Source: an archaeon
GTDB lineage: Archaea; Methanobacteriota_B; Thermococci; Methanofastidiosales; NM3
Assembly: GCA_004212155.1 (NCBI GenBank)
Contig: RXIG01000002.1
Span: 1 to 64,000 of the forward strand
Direction of reading: 5' to 3'
Length of the DNA: 64,000 nt
The notes below the pieces were generated by a model, which saw only the letters and a list, made by a program, of their open reading frames with translations, was not told where the DNA came from and did no database searches. Made by a program: the position numbers and the translations under genes. Of this stretch, positions 1 through 8,924 are shown piece by piece; position 1 is the stretch's first letter; every line of letters begins with the position of its first letter.

Positions 1-60
1 AAATATAATAAATTTAGTACTATATTTTTGTGATATTATTGAAAGAAATTCATCGTTTTC

Positions 61-107
61 AAATTAAAAAAGAAAATAAAAAAAAGAATACGGTACGAAC
101 GTACCGC
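61..107 (-). terminator. Intrinsic terminator of the acyl-CoA carboxylase operon (hairpin plus U-tract)
   Basis: The minus strand reads GCGGTAC-GTTC-GTACCGT followed by ATTCTTTTTTTTATTTTCTTTTTT, immediately after the stop at 109. Confidence 0.7.
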
Positions 108-108
108 T

Positions 109-1689
109 TTAAATGACGCGCCTGACCTTGAGGTCCTGCAGGTCGAGCCTTCCGGCAAGTGCCCACACGTTCTCCAGTCCGCCCTCGCCCTTCTTCTTTC
201 CGGCAAGTGGCGAGCCCTTCCTCATCTGGGCCGATATGGCGGCCGCGATCGCGGCGAGCTGCTCGTTGCCAAGGCCCTCTGCCTCTCGGCGTGCCTTTGC
301 GGCTGCCTGCTCCTGTTCGACCTCTTCCTTGTACTTCTGGACGAAGTTGGTGCGTGCGAGGTATCCCGTGTCGAAGTCACCGCTCACGAAGTCGGTGTTT
401 CGCATCATGCGCTGGTGGAAGGGGATGGTCGTCTTGACGCCCTTGATGACGAACTCATTGAGGGCGCGCTGAACGCGGGCGATACACCTGTTCCTGTCCT
501 CGTCCCAGCAGATGAGCTTTGCGATCATCGAGTCGTAGAACGGGGATATCTTGAAGCCGTCAAACGCGGCGGAATCGACGCGCACGCCGGGTCCGCCGGG
601 CGCCTCGTAGGCGTTCACTGTGCCCGGTGTTGGTGCGAAGTCGTTGAGCGGGTCCTCTGCGTTGACCCTGCACTCGATGGCGTGTCCCTTGAAAACGACG
701 TCGTCCTGTGCCAGGTCAAGCTTCTTGCCCATGGCGGTCTCTATCTGCCTTCGAAGGATGTCGCAGTTCGCATACATCTCGGAGACGCAATGCTCCACCT
801 GTATACGCGTGTTCATCTCCATGAAGTAGAACTTGCCGTCCTTGTAGATGAACTCGACAGTGCCTGCCGACGTGTAGTCAGCGGCCACTGCGGCGCGCAC
901 GCCTGCGTCGCGGATCTCGTCCTGGAGTTCGGGTTTGTCGACGAGCGCTGGCGACGGGGCCTCCTCGATCAGCTTCTGATTTCGGCGCTGTATGGAGCAG
1001 TCCCTCTCACCAAAGTGGATCGCTTTGCCGTGTTCGTCGCAAAGCACCTGGACCTCGATGTGTCGCGGGTCGATGATATACTTCTCGATGTATACTTCGG
1101 GATGACCGAATGCTACGGAACCCTCGCGCTGTGCGGCCTCGAACATCTTGACGAACTCGTCAGCGCTGCGGGCGACGCGCATACCCTTGCCGCCACCACC
1201 GTATGCCGCCTTGATGATCACCGGGAATCCGATGTCCTTGGCGATCTCGAGACCTTCCTTCGCCTCGTCGACGACGCCCTCGGATCCGGGGACCGTCGGC
1301 ACCTTGTTCTTCGTCACGGTAGCCTTGGCGACGTCCTTGACGCCCATCTTGCTTATCGCCTTGCTTGTGGGACCGATGAACTTGATGCCCTCGTCCTCGC
1401 ATGCCTTGGCGAAGTCGATGTTTTCCGCAAGGAAGCCGTATCCCGGGTGGATGGCGTCCACGTCCGCGGCCTTTGCCGTCTCTATGATCTTGTCGATGTT
1501 AAGGTACGATTCGGTAGGCATCGGAGGCCCTATGTTGTATGCCTCGTCTGCTGTTTTTACGTGAAGGGCTTGCGCGTCGGCGTCCGAGTGCACTGCGACG
1601 GTCTTGAGACCAAGTTCTTCGCAGGCCCTGAAGACGCGTATTGCGATCTCCCCTCTGTTAGCGCACATGACTTTCTCAAATTCTCCCAT
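109..1689 (-). CDS. accC: Biotin carboxylase subunit of an acetyl/propionyl-CoA carboxylase, with C-terminal extension
   Basis: Motifs [46 protein letters not shown] and YDSMIAKL; ATG at 1689 follows an AGGTGG RBS. Confidence 0.93.
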   Translation of the reverse strand: MGEFEKVMCANRGEIAIRVFRACEELGLKTVAVHSDADAQALHVKTADEAYNIGPPMPTESYLNIDKIIETAKAADVDAIHPGYGFLAENIDFAKACEDEGIKFIGPTSKAISKMGVKDVAKATVTKNKVPTVPGSEGVVDEAKEGLEIAKDIGFPVIIKAAYGGGGKGMRVARSADEFVKMFEAAQREGSVAFGHPEVYIEKYIIDPRHIEVQVLCDEHGKAIHFGERDCSIQRRNQKLIEEAPSPALVDKPELQDEIRDAGVRAAVAADYTSAGTVEFIYKDGKFYFMEMNTRIQVEHCVSEMYANCDILRRQIETAMGKKLDLAQDDVVFKGHAIECRVNAEDPLNDFAPTPGTVNAYEAPGGPGVRVDSAAFDGFKISPFYDSMIAKLICWDEDRNRCIARVQRALNEFVIKGVKTTIPFHQRMMRNTDFVSGDFDTGYLARTNFVQKYKEEVEQEQAAAKARREAEGLGNEQLAAIAAAISAQMRKGSPLAGKKKGEGGLENVWALAGRLDLQDLKVRRVI

Positions 1690-1714
1690 TGTTACCACCT
1701 TGGAGTATGTACGC

Positions 1715-2101
1715 TCACTCGAGTGTCACTAGCACATCGTCGATCTCAACAGCATCGTTGGCGCTTATCATGATCTCCTTGACCTTACCGTCAGATGTAG
1801 CCTCTATCTCGTTTTCCATCTTCATGGCGACGATGGTGCAGACAACATCACCGGCCTTTACCTCGTCTCCCTCCTCGCAGTTGATCTTCGTAACGACGCC
1901 CTGGATGGGGGACACGATGGTCTTGTCACCGGTGCTGGTCATCTTCTTGTCCTTCTTCTCAGCCTTTTGGATCTGCTCTTCGGCAAATATTTCGTATTCC
2001 TTGCCGTCGATCTCGATCTTGAGTGTGTTGCCGCCCATGTCCTCGGCAGCAACATCATATGTATCGTCACCTACTTTGACTGTAAACTTTCTCATTTTCA
2101 T
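1715..2101 (-). CDS. Biotin carboxyl carrier protein
   Basis: AMKMENEI biotinylation motif, 128 aa, located between the BC and CT genes. Confidence 0.93.
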   Translation of the reverse strand: MKMRKFTVKVGDDTYDVAAEDMGGNTLKIEIDGKEYEIFAEEQIQKAEKKDKKMTSTGDKTIVSPIQGVVTKINCEEGDEVKAGDVVCTIVAMKMENEIEATSDGKVKEIMISANDAVEIDDVLVTLE

Positions 2102-2108
2102 TCACTCC

Positions 2109-3683
2109 TTACAGTGGTATGTTACCATGTTTCTTTGAAGGCCTTGTCTCCCTCTTCGTAATGCAGCTCTCAAGAGCGGCTATGATCTTGGGTCGAAGGT
2201 CTGATGCAGGTATGACCTCGTCCACGTATCCCCGTGATGCTGCCACGTAGGGAGTGGCGAACTTCTCCCTGTATTCTTCCGCCTTCTTCTTACGGCGTTC
2301 CTTGTACTCCTCGCTGAGGTACTCGACGCCGCCCTCCATGAGTTCGCGTCGGTGGATGATGTTAGCGGCACCCTCGGGGCCCATCACCGCAATCTCGGTG
2401 GATGGAAGCGCATAGATGATGTCGGCGCCAAGGTGCTTGGAGCACATGCCGATGTATGCGCCGCCGTATGCCTTCCTCACGAAGATCGTGATTTTGGGCA
2501 CGGTAGCCTCAGAGTACGCATAGAGAAGCTTTGCTCCATGGCGTATCACACCGCCGTGTTCCTGGGTGGTGCCGGGAAGGTATCCGGGCACGTCGACGAA
2601 CGTGACAAGAGGGATGTTGAACGCATCGCAGAACCGCACGAAGCCCGCGCCCTTGTCTGACGTATCGATGTCCAGGCAGCCGGCGAGTATCTTGGGTTGG
2701 TTGGCCACAATGCCGACGGTCCTCCCGTTCATGCGTGCGAATCCCACGACGATGTTGCGTGCATAGAGCTCGTGCACCTCGAGGAACTCGCCGTTGTCGG
2801 CGACGCCCTCGATGACATCCTTGATGTCGTATGGTTTTTGCGGGTCGATCGGTACGACGTCGTTGAGAGCGGCGTCGGAACGCATGGGGTCGTCACCGGT
2901 CTCAACAACGGGCGAACCCTCGAGATTGTTCGATGGGATGTAACTAATGACCTCCCGTATCGTCGCGATGCATTCCTCCTCATCCTCGCTGACGAAGTGT
3001 GCGAGGCCCGACTTCTTTCCGTGGATGGTGGCCCCGCCGAGCTCCTCGAAGGATACGTCCTCTGAGAGAACCTCCTTTACGACCTCCGGACCGGTAATGA
3101 ACATGTATGACCTGTCCTTTACCATGAAGATGAAGTCGCCAATGGCAGGCGAGTAGACGGCACCTCCGGCACATGGGCCGAGGATTGCAGTAAGCTGTGG
3201 TATTACACCAGAATAAATCGTATTGCGGTAGAATATGTCGCCGTATCCCTTCAGGGAGTCGACACCCTCCTGAATGCGGGCGCCGCCAGAGTCGTTAAGA
3301 CCAATAAGGGGTGCGCCCATCTTTGCGGCAAGGTCGAGCAGGCGAGATATCTTGCTCGCATGCACTTCGCCTAGGGAACCACCCATGACGGTAAAGTCCT
3401 GGGCATATACATAGACGAGTTTCCCATCGATGGTGCCATATCCTGTGACGACACCGTCGGCCGGAGCCTCTTTCTTGTCCATGCCGAGGTCTACGGACCT
3501 GTGCTTTCGGAGGAGACCTATCTCTTGGAAGCTTCCGGGATCAAGCAGTTTGTCAAGCCTTTCGCGTGCCGTAAGCTTTCCCTTGTCGTGCTGAGCTTGT
3601 ATTCGCTCGTCTCCTCCGCCTTTGCGTATCCGTGTTTTATGTTCTTGAAGTTCCTTAATTTTTTCTTCAACGTTCACGTACAT
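2109..3683 (-). CDS. Acyl-CoA carboxyltransferase (PccB/MmdA family)
   Basis: Motifs KGKLTARER, DSGGARIQEG, GPCAGGAVY, DVPGYLPG, GVIRHGAK and RKAYGGAY; C-terminal KKHGNIPL. Confidence 0.93.
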   Translation of the reverse strand: MYVNVEEKIKELQEHKTRIRKGGGDERIQAQHDKGKLTARERLDKLLDPGSFQEIGLLRKHRSVDLGMDKKEAPADGVVTGYGTIDGKLVYVYAQDFTVMGGSLGEVHASKISRLLDLAAKMGAPLIGLNDSGGARIQEGVDSLKGYGDIFYRNTIYSGVIPQLTAILGPCAGGAVYSPAIGDFIFMVKDRSYMFITGPEVVKEVLSEDVSFEELGGATIHGKKSGLAHFVSEDEEECIATIREVISYIPSNNLEGSPVVETGDDPMRSDAALNDVVPIDPQKPYDIKDVIEGVADNGEFLEVHELYARNIVVGFARMNGRTVGIVANQPKILAGCLDIDTSDKGAGFVRFCDAFNIPLVTFVDVPGYLPGTTQEHGGVIRHGAKLLYAYSEATVPKITIFVRKAYGGAYIGMCSKHLGADIIYALPSTEIAVMGPEGAANIIHRRELMEGGVEYLSEEYKERRKKKAEEYREKFATPYVAASRGYVDEVIPASDLRPKIIAALESCITKRETRPSKKHGNIPL

Positions 3684-3855
3684 TCCTCCTATACGTGCAT
3701 TTTCCTACAGTGATGATTGGGTTTAAGGGTAGATTTATTTTCACTGACCGAACTATCGGGTAAGGAATTCTCAACACTATTTTCTATTAGGTTAGTGGAA
3801 AATGCATATGAGTGGGTATGAATTCCTTTCTTTTACTGAGAGAATTAAAATCGTC

Positions 3856-3865
3856 TTTATATAAA
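3856..3865 (-). promoter_or_regulatory. TATA box of the acyl-CoA carboxylase operon
   Basis: TTTATATAAA in the AT-rich intergenic region upstream of the CT gene. Confidence 0.5.
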
Positions 3866-4031
3866 TTTTATGTTTCCAAAGACGTTTTGAACAAAAGATG
3901 GTCTACATAGTGACAATCTATGATTGTGTTCGTATTTCAATAGTCTTTCTGAACGTTGCTCATCATATGCGGGGCAGTGTACGTAAATGGTACCAAAAAA
4001 GTGCATCCTACGGTATATGCGTATCTGCAGT

Positions 4032-4913
4032 TCATTGTTGCGGTGTGGCGATTTCCTCTTCGTCGAGGAAATGGAGGTAGAGCGATGCGCTGACAAGGTC
4101 TGCCGAACCCCCGGGGCTGATGTTGCGCTTCTCGCACACATCGTTGAACTCGCTGATCATACGCATGCCCCCCTGTGTCAGGACGCCGCCCGCTTCGATG
4201 ACCTCGCGTGCCGTATCCTTGACCATCTCATAGGTGTCAAGGCCGCAGCGCGAGATGACGTTGGTGTCCTCCACGGTGGTCATGAGCGCGAAGAGAGCCT
4301 GGAGGATGGCATCGTTGATGGTGCCGCCGCGACCGAGCACGTCACGTATCGCGGGAATCCCCATGCCCGTGACCGAGGGAAGGCCTCGCTCGACCTCGCC
4401 CCGTATGCCCGTGATGCCGTGTTCAAGGTAGAGCTTCTCCCCCTTGGTGAGCCCGTGGCCATGCGGGGAGGAGCCAAGAGTGCCAAGCTCCCGCTCAACG
4501 ATGCCGTCCGTTATGTCTGCGACGGTCGCGGTGATGGCTTGCACCGTGTGGTCCCCTGACCGCATCGCCCGTCCCGATGCGCCAAGGAGGAGGTAGAAGA
4601 GGAAGACAAGTCCCTTTTGCGTGTTGACGCCCGATGTGACCTCGAACATGCGCCGCTCGGTCAGGATGCCGCGCTCACGAAGGATGGGAAGCAGCGATCG
4701 TGCATCGCCCGTGTGCTCGTACCCCATCACGGCCACATCCCTGAACCCCTGGCTCAGGACGGCGGAGCTGCGTAGGAAGAGCGAGTAGTCCATGTCCCTG
4801 TGCGCACCGCGCGTGAACGGCGTCACTAGACCGGGTTTCGGATGGCACGATACCTCGAGCAGGATGCTGCGCGTTGCAAGTTCACCGAGCGTGTCTATCG
4901 GGTTCATAGGCAT
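4032..4913 (-). CDS. citG: Triphosphoribosyl-dephospho-CoA synthase (CitG/MdcB/MadG)
   Basis: Motifs PKPGLV, GAHRDMD, GVNTQKG, GIRGE, DTNV and SPGGSADL. Confidence 0.93.
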   Translation of the reverse strand: MPMNPIDTLGELATRSILLEVSCHPKPGLVTPFTRGAHRDMDYSLFLRSSAVLSQGFRDVAVMGYEHTGDARSLLPILRERGILTERRMFEVTSGVNTQKGLVFLFYLLLGASGRAMRSGDHTVQAITATVADITDGIVERELGTLGSSPHGHGLTKGEKLYLEHGITGIRGEVERGLPSVTGMGIPAIRDVLGRGGTINDAILQALFALMTTVEDTNVISRCGLDTYEMVKDTAREVIEAGGVLTQGGMRMISEFNDVCEKRNISPGGSADLVSASLYLHFLDEEEIATPQQ

Positions 4914-5551
4914 TCCTCCGCCAATTCGCGTTCGAGCAGCTCGACGCCGTTGATGCCCTTTGCAAGTACCTGCGGCCCGTTGCCGACGAACTCCTTGAGA
5001 TTGATCGCAAAGCCGGAAGTGAGCTCCACCTCGACATCGATGCGGATGCTAAATGCCTCCTCAAAGGCCCGGGTCGTGTGCGCGAGCTCACCGAGCTCAT
5101 CGCGGCCATACCCTCTGACGATGAGGTCGAGGTCCGACGTGTCGTCGGTGTAGGCAAGCCCCGTAACGGCCTCGAGCGCGGCTGAACCCCACACCCCCAG
5201 TGGATACGACGCGGAAAACTCAGAGAGCGCCAAAAGCGGGCGCGTCCTGCGCTCATAGCTCATATGTGGCACCTCATAGGGGCGAATGGCGCGCGTGATG
5301 CGGCTTCCATGCACGGACGATGCGTAGCGTATGCGGTGCCCGTCCTCCTTGTATGGATAGACGAATCCGACGTAGACCTCCTCGGCCTCGTCGTACCACG
5401 GATCGCCGCTGTGGAGTGCGGACTCCTCCCTGCGTACGATGCCGGGGATCTGCCCCGATGCGATGAGGTCGCGGAAATGGCCTGCGTCAAGCCCCTGAAG
5501 CGCAATGTCCTGCCAGCGTGTGAAGACGAGGTCGTGGCGGTTGAATCGCAT
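4904..5551 (-). CDS. mdcG: Malonate decarboxylase holo-ACP synthase (phosphoribosyl-dephospho-CoA transferase, MdcG/MadK)
   Basis: N-terminal RHDL, PGIVRR and the GVWGS...TGLAY...SDLDL nucleotidyltransferase motif; cluster context. Confidence 0.85.
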   Translation of the reverse strand: MRFNRHDLVFTRWQDIALQGLDAGHFRDLIASGQIPGIVRREESALHSGDPWYDEAEEVYVGFVYPYKEDGHRIRYASSVHGSRITRAIRPYEVPHMSYERRTRPLLALSEFSASYPLGVWGSAALEAVTGLAYTDDTSDLDLIVRGYGRDELGELAHTTRAFEEAFSIRIDVEVELTSGFAINLKEFVGNGPQVLAKGINGVELLERELAEECL

Positions 5552-5555
5552 TGGC

Positions 5556-6668
5556 CTATCTCCTCTTGATCCAGCAGGGGTCCTTCACGCTCAGCGTCTG
5601 ATAATCGAGCTGTGCCTGCACGAGGAGGTCGAACATGCGCGTCTTGACCGGTCCCTCGATGAGTATGGGCTCGCCCGTCTCGTCGGTGGGCAGCGCCGGC
5701 CGTAGCTCGAGAAGCGTCCTGTCCGCCTCGACCTTGACGTCCGGCAGGACCTTTGCGACCTTCGATTTGATGCGAAGGATGCTCCTGCACGCGCGTTCGA
5801 TGGTCTGTTGGGCGTTGACCGTTGTCTCACGGACGAAGATCTCATAATCGGGCAGCGTTCGCTTGCGCATGTAGGTGATGATCTTGCCCTTCTTGTTGAG
5901 CACATGGCCCGACTCCACGACGGGGAAGCTGTCGCCGGTGGGAAGGCCGCCAACGACGGTCTCACGATATTCGGGTCCGACGGCAGAGGGCACGAACGAG
6001 ATGTCCTCGCGCACCGGTATGCCGTTCATCGTGATCCATCCGAACTCCTGATTTCCGTAGATGTCGTTGACGCGGGCGCCAAGCACCTCTCGGATGATCT
6101 CGACAGCCTCGAGGTCAAGGGGCGTCCCGATGCAGTTGACGATGTCGACGTGCGGGAGCTCGTCGGCGACATCGAGCTTGAGCGCATCCTGGAGCGCGCA
6201 CTTCAAGAACGTAGATTCACCGAATATGACGGTTGGCCGCTTGTAGTAGAGGTCCATGAGAAATGAATCGCGCGAGGACTTGGAGAGAAACGTCCATTCG
6301 ACACCGATGTCCTCAAGGGCGTTTCGTGTGATGGCGTTGAGCAGCGGCGGATAGCAAAAGAGCGCCTTGTCGCCCTCCTTGACGCCTGCCATCTTCAGCG
6401 CCGATTTTCCCACCTCCTTTCGGTACTCCTTCTCGTTGGGCGTGATGCCCACGATGTTCTGCCAGGCGGTGGTCCCCGTGGTAAACGTGATGTATGCATA
6501 ATTGAAAGGCGTATGCACTTCCTCGATGATATGCGCGGCAGTGGGACCGTTGATGCCCTTGTCCGCTAGGGTGCGCGTTTCCATCTCCTCGAACGATGGC
6601 ACGGTCGAGAACAATTCTACGCTTTCCCTCAAATCTTCAAAATACGAAGAGACGTTTTCCCCGCTCAT
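5556..6668 (-). CDS. Adenylate-forming ligase, probable acetate--[ACP] ligase (MadH-like)
   Basis: FTTGTT P-loop-like motif and DIYGNQEFG (YGxxE) motif of ANL enzymes; position after madD matches madH. Confidence 0.65.
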   Translation of the reverse strand: MSGENVSSYFEDLRESVELFSTVPSFEEMETRTLADKGINGPTAAHIIEEVHTPFNYAYITFTTGTTAWQNIVGITPNEKEYRKEVGKSALKMAGVKEGDKALFCYPPLLNAITRNALEDIGVEWTFLSKSSRDSFLMDLYYKRPTVIFGESTFLKCALQDALKLDVADELPHVDIVNCIGTPLDLEAVEIIREVLGARVNDIYGNQEFGWITMNGIPVREDISFVPSAVGPEYRETVVGGLPTGDSFPVVESGHVLNKKGKIITYMRKRTLPDYEIFVRETTVNAQQTIERACRSILRIKSKVAKVLPDVKVEADRTLLELRPALPTDETGEPILIEGPVKTRMFDLLVQAQLDYQTLSVKDPCWIKRR

Positions 6669-6679
6669 TGTATATACCC

Positions 6680-6730
6680 CTAGAAAATACTTGATAAAAA
6701 GAATAAAAAAGAAAAGAATAAAAAGAGTTT
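6680..6730 (-). terminator. T-rich internal terminator between the structural and maturation genes
   Basis: The minus strand reads CTTTTTATTCTTTTCTTTTTTATTCTTTTT directly after the stop at 6734. Confidence 0.55.
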
Positions 6731-6733
6731 GCC

Positions 6734-7618
6734 TTACTCAAGGAGATCAGGCAAGATGTTCTCGAACTCTTTTTCCATCTTCTCAATCGCTTCTATGCGC
6801 TTGACCCTGCCGCCGCGCTCTGCGCCGACCTGGCCCCTGTTCCAGATACCGAGCTTGTCCTCGCGTCCCTGCTTGCGCAGTTCCTTGACCTCCGCGATGT
6901 TGCGGATGATGGCGTCGCGCATCTGGTCGGGATTGTCGAGCAGCTCATCGATGGTCCCGAGCTTGTAGACGAACTCTGCGCCCGATGCGAAGACGGGATT
7001 CGTCTTGACGAGTTCGTTGAGGCGCTCGAGAGGGATGCCCGTGATGACGGCGATGCTTGTTGTCGGCATGACGTGCACGATGGTGCCATAGTCCTTGGGC
7101 AGCGAGAGTATCCTGTCAGAGAGCAGTCCGTGGCATAGGAACGCACCACTGATGGCGCGTCCGACGATCATGCCGATGACGGGGTGTCCCGCAGCGCGCG
7201 CATCCATGAGCGCGAACTGGTACGAAGCCGTACCCTTGGTCATGCCCACGATCTCCTCGATCTTGCCGGGGCTGTTGCCGGGCGTGTCGATGAGGAGCAC
7301 GACGGGGCGCTTCTCGTCGATGGGTTTGTCCTTGTCGGCGTCGATCGTTGCGTAAAGGGCCTGCGAGAACTTGTAGGTCTCCTCCATGCCCATGACGCCG
7401 TTGAACACGACCCTGAAGCGTGGATTCGGCCTGCGCGAGTTGACGGAGAGCACGGTACATATCGTACCGTCGAGCGTGGCCTCACCCACCATCGCCGGCG
7501 GTGCGAGGTCGGGGTCGAGGCGAGTGCTGCCTATCTTGTTCTCGACGAAGGTCTCCTTGTCGAAGATGTACTCGATGGCGTCGTGCGCCTTTCCGAGGAA
7601 GTTTGTCGTTGCTACCAT
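6734..7618 (-). CDS. mdcE: Malonate decarboxylase carboxyltransferase subunit (MdcE/MadD, gamma)
   Basis: Motifs KRPVVLLIDTPG, EEIVGM, AR-AAGHPVIGMIVGRAISGAFLCHGL and VHVM. Confidence 0.88.
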   Translation of the reverse strand: MVATTNFLGKAHDAIEYIFDKETFVENKIGSTRLDPDLAPPAMVGEATLDGTICTVLSVNSRRPNPRFRVVFNGVMGMEETYKFSQALYATIDADKDKPIDEKRPVVLLIDTPGNSPGKIEEIVGMTKGTASYQFALMDARAAGHPVIGMIVGRAISGAFLCHGLLSDRILSLPKDYGTIVHVMPTTSIAVITGIPLERLNELVKTNPVFASGAEFVYKLGTIDELLDNPDQMRDAIIRNIAEVKELRKQGREDKLGIWNRGQVGAERGGRVKRIEAIEKMEKEFENILPDLLE

Positions 7619-7620
7619 GA

Positions 7621-8589
7621 TCACATCCCCCTGCGAGGTCGTCGCTTGGCCACCTTGAGGAACTCCTCCTGTGGCATCTCGGGAAGCTCATCGAGATTCT
7701 CGTTGCCGTAATACTCCCATAGGTCCTTGGAATCATCGATCTTGAGCTCGGCCGCGATCTTGACGAGCTCGAGATTGTCCTCTACGAGCTCGGGCGACCC
7801 GAGGTGTCGGTGCTTGGAGATATCGCTCATTGACATGTCGGCGAGTTCCTTGACCTTCTCCCTGAACTCCTTGATGGTGTCCTTGAGGAGATAGTCGACG
7901 TCGCCGAGGATGTACTTGCTTCGTGCACCCATCGTCCTCCAGATGAGGGCGCGGTCGGACGCATCGAACTCGTCCTTGCCGACCTCTTGCTGGATGACGT
8001 CAGGGCCGGTCAGGCCGATCCTGCCGTAGTCGTTTGCCAGCACCACGTCGCCGCTCATGCAGACGAAGCCCTGCGCACCGTATGCGCCGAGGCTGCTTCC
8101 GGTGATCGAGATGTTTGGCACCTTGTTCTGGAGCTTCCAGAGCGCCTCCATGCACTCGGAGTGCGCCACGAGGCCTGCGTTTGACTCATGGAGCCTCACG
8201 CCACCTGAGTCGTACGACACGACGACGAGCGGCTTTCGGTCCTCGGGGACCGTGCCGTACTTCTCCTTCATCGCTTCGTAGCACTTGAGGGCGATCTTGT
8301 ACATATAGGCCATCTTCGCTCCGTTGATCTCGCCAAGGGCGCCTCCTACGAAGTTACCCTCTTGAGAGATGACAAAGACCGGATGCTTGTCGATCTTACC
8401 CACGCCGACGACGATGCCGTCGTCGAACTCCACCGCCTCGCCAAGGATGACGAGGTGGGGGCTATACATCTTGTCGCGGGGGCCGAGGAACTCCCTGAAC
8501 GTTCCGGGGTCGACGATACCGTAGGCACGCTCGCGCGCCGATGAACGGTAAAAGCTCTTTTCCTGTAGTTCTTCCCAATCCATTCTCAT
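7621..8589 (-). CDS. mdcD: Malonate decarboxylase carboxyltransferase subunit (MdcD/MadC, beta)
   Basis: Motifs SARERA..VDPGTFRE, SPHL, DDG, GGALGEINGAK, DSGGVRLHE, RIGLTGPDVI and EFDASDR. Confidence 0.9.
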   Translation of the reverse strand: MRMDWEELQEKSFYRSSARERAYGIVDPGTFREFLGPRDKMYSPHLVILGEAVEFDDGIVVGVGKIDKHPVFVISQEGNFVGGALGEINGAKMAYMYKIALKCYEAMKEKYGTVPEDRKPLVVVSYDSGGVRLHESNAGLVAHSECMEALWKLQNKVPNISITGSSLGAYGAQGFVCMSGDVVLANDYGRIGLTGPDVIQQEVGKDEFDASDRALIWRTMGARSKYILGDVDYLLKDTIKEFREKVKELADMSMSDISKHRHLGSPELVEDNLELVKIAAELKIDDSKDLWEYYGNENLDELPEMPQEEFLKVAKRRPRRGM

Positions 8590-8598
8590 GGTATCACC

Positions 8599-8922
8599 TT
8601 ACTGCAGTCCGCCCCCGTTCTCGATCGCTTGTTGCAACCTGCGCTTCACCACAGCGGGCGTTGCCGCGTTGTCGTTGATGCTGACCTTCACACCGGAGAG
8701 GCCCGTCTTGTCGACGAGCCTGCCAAGGACCGTCTCCCACACGTTGTCAAATCCTACCACGGTGGTGAGGATGTGGAAGCTGGCCTTGCCCTTGTAGGCG
8801 TTGCCCTTCTCGATGAGGATCTCGAGGTCCCCCGAGGAGACGATGCCCACATGGCCCCATTCATCGTTGAGCTCTTTGGGTTCTTTGGGCGTGAATTCAA
8901 AGTTGAGCTCAGTGAGTGCCAT
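8599..8922 (-). CDS. mdcC: Malonate decarboxylase acyl carrier protein (MdcC/MadE, delta)
   Basis: VGIVSSGDLEIL (prosthetic-group Ser) and SINDNAATPAVVKRRLQQA. Confidence 0.92.
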   Translation of the reverse strand: MALTELNFEFTPKEPKELNDEWGHVGIVSSGDLEILIEKGNAYKGKASFHILTTVVGFDNVWETVLGRLVDKTGLSGVKVSINDNAATPAVVKRRLQQAIENGGGLQ

Positions 8923-8924
8923 CG

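Noticed and set aside
415-1773. Long antisense ORFs (415-1773, 8916-9890, 13349-14206, 20384-21568, 26240-27319, 38663-39640 and similar)
   Set aside because: These are shadow frames opposite well-conserved genes in GC-rich DNA, with no recognisable motifs
109-3683. Na+-translocating methylmalonyl-CoA decarboxylase (the CT resembles MmdA)
   Set aside because: The operon has no membrane beta subunit or TM-anchored delta subunit, contains a biotin carboxylase and ends in a terminator, which fits a soluble carboxylase better
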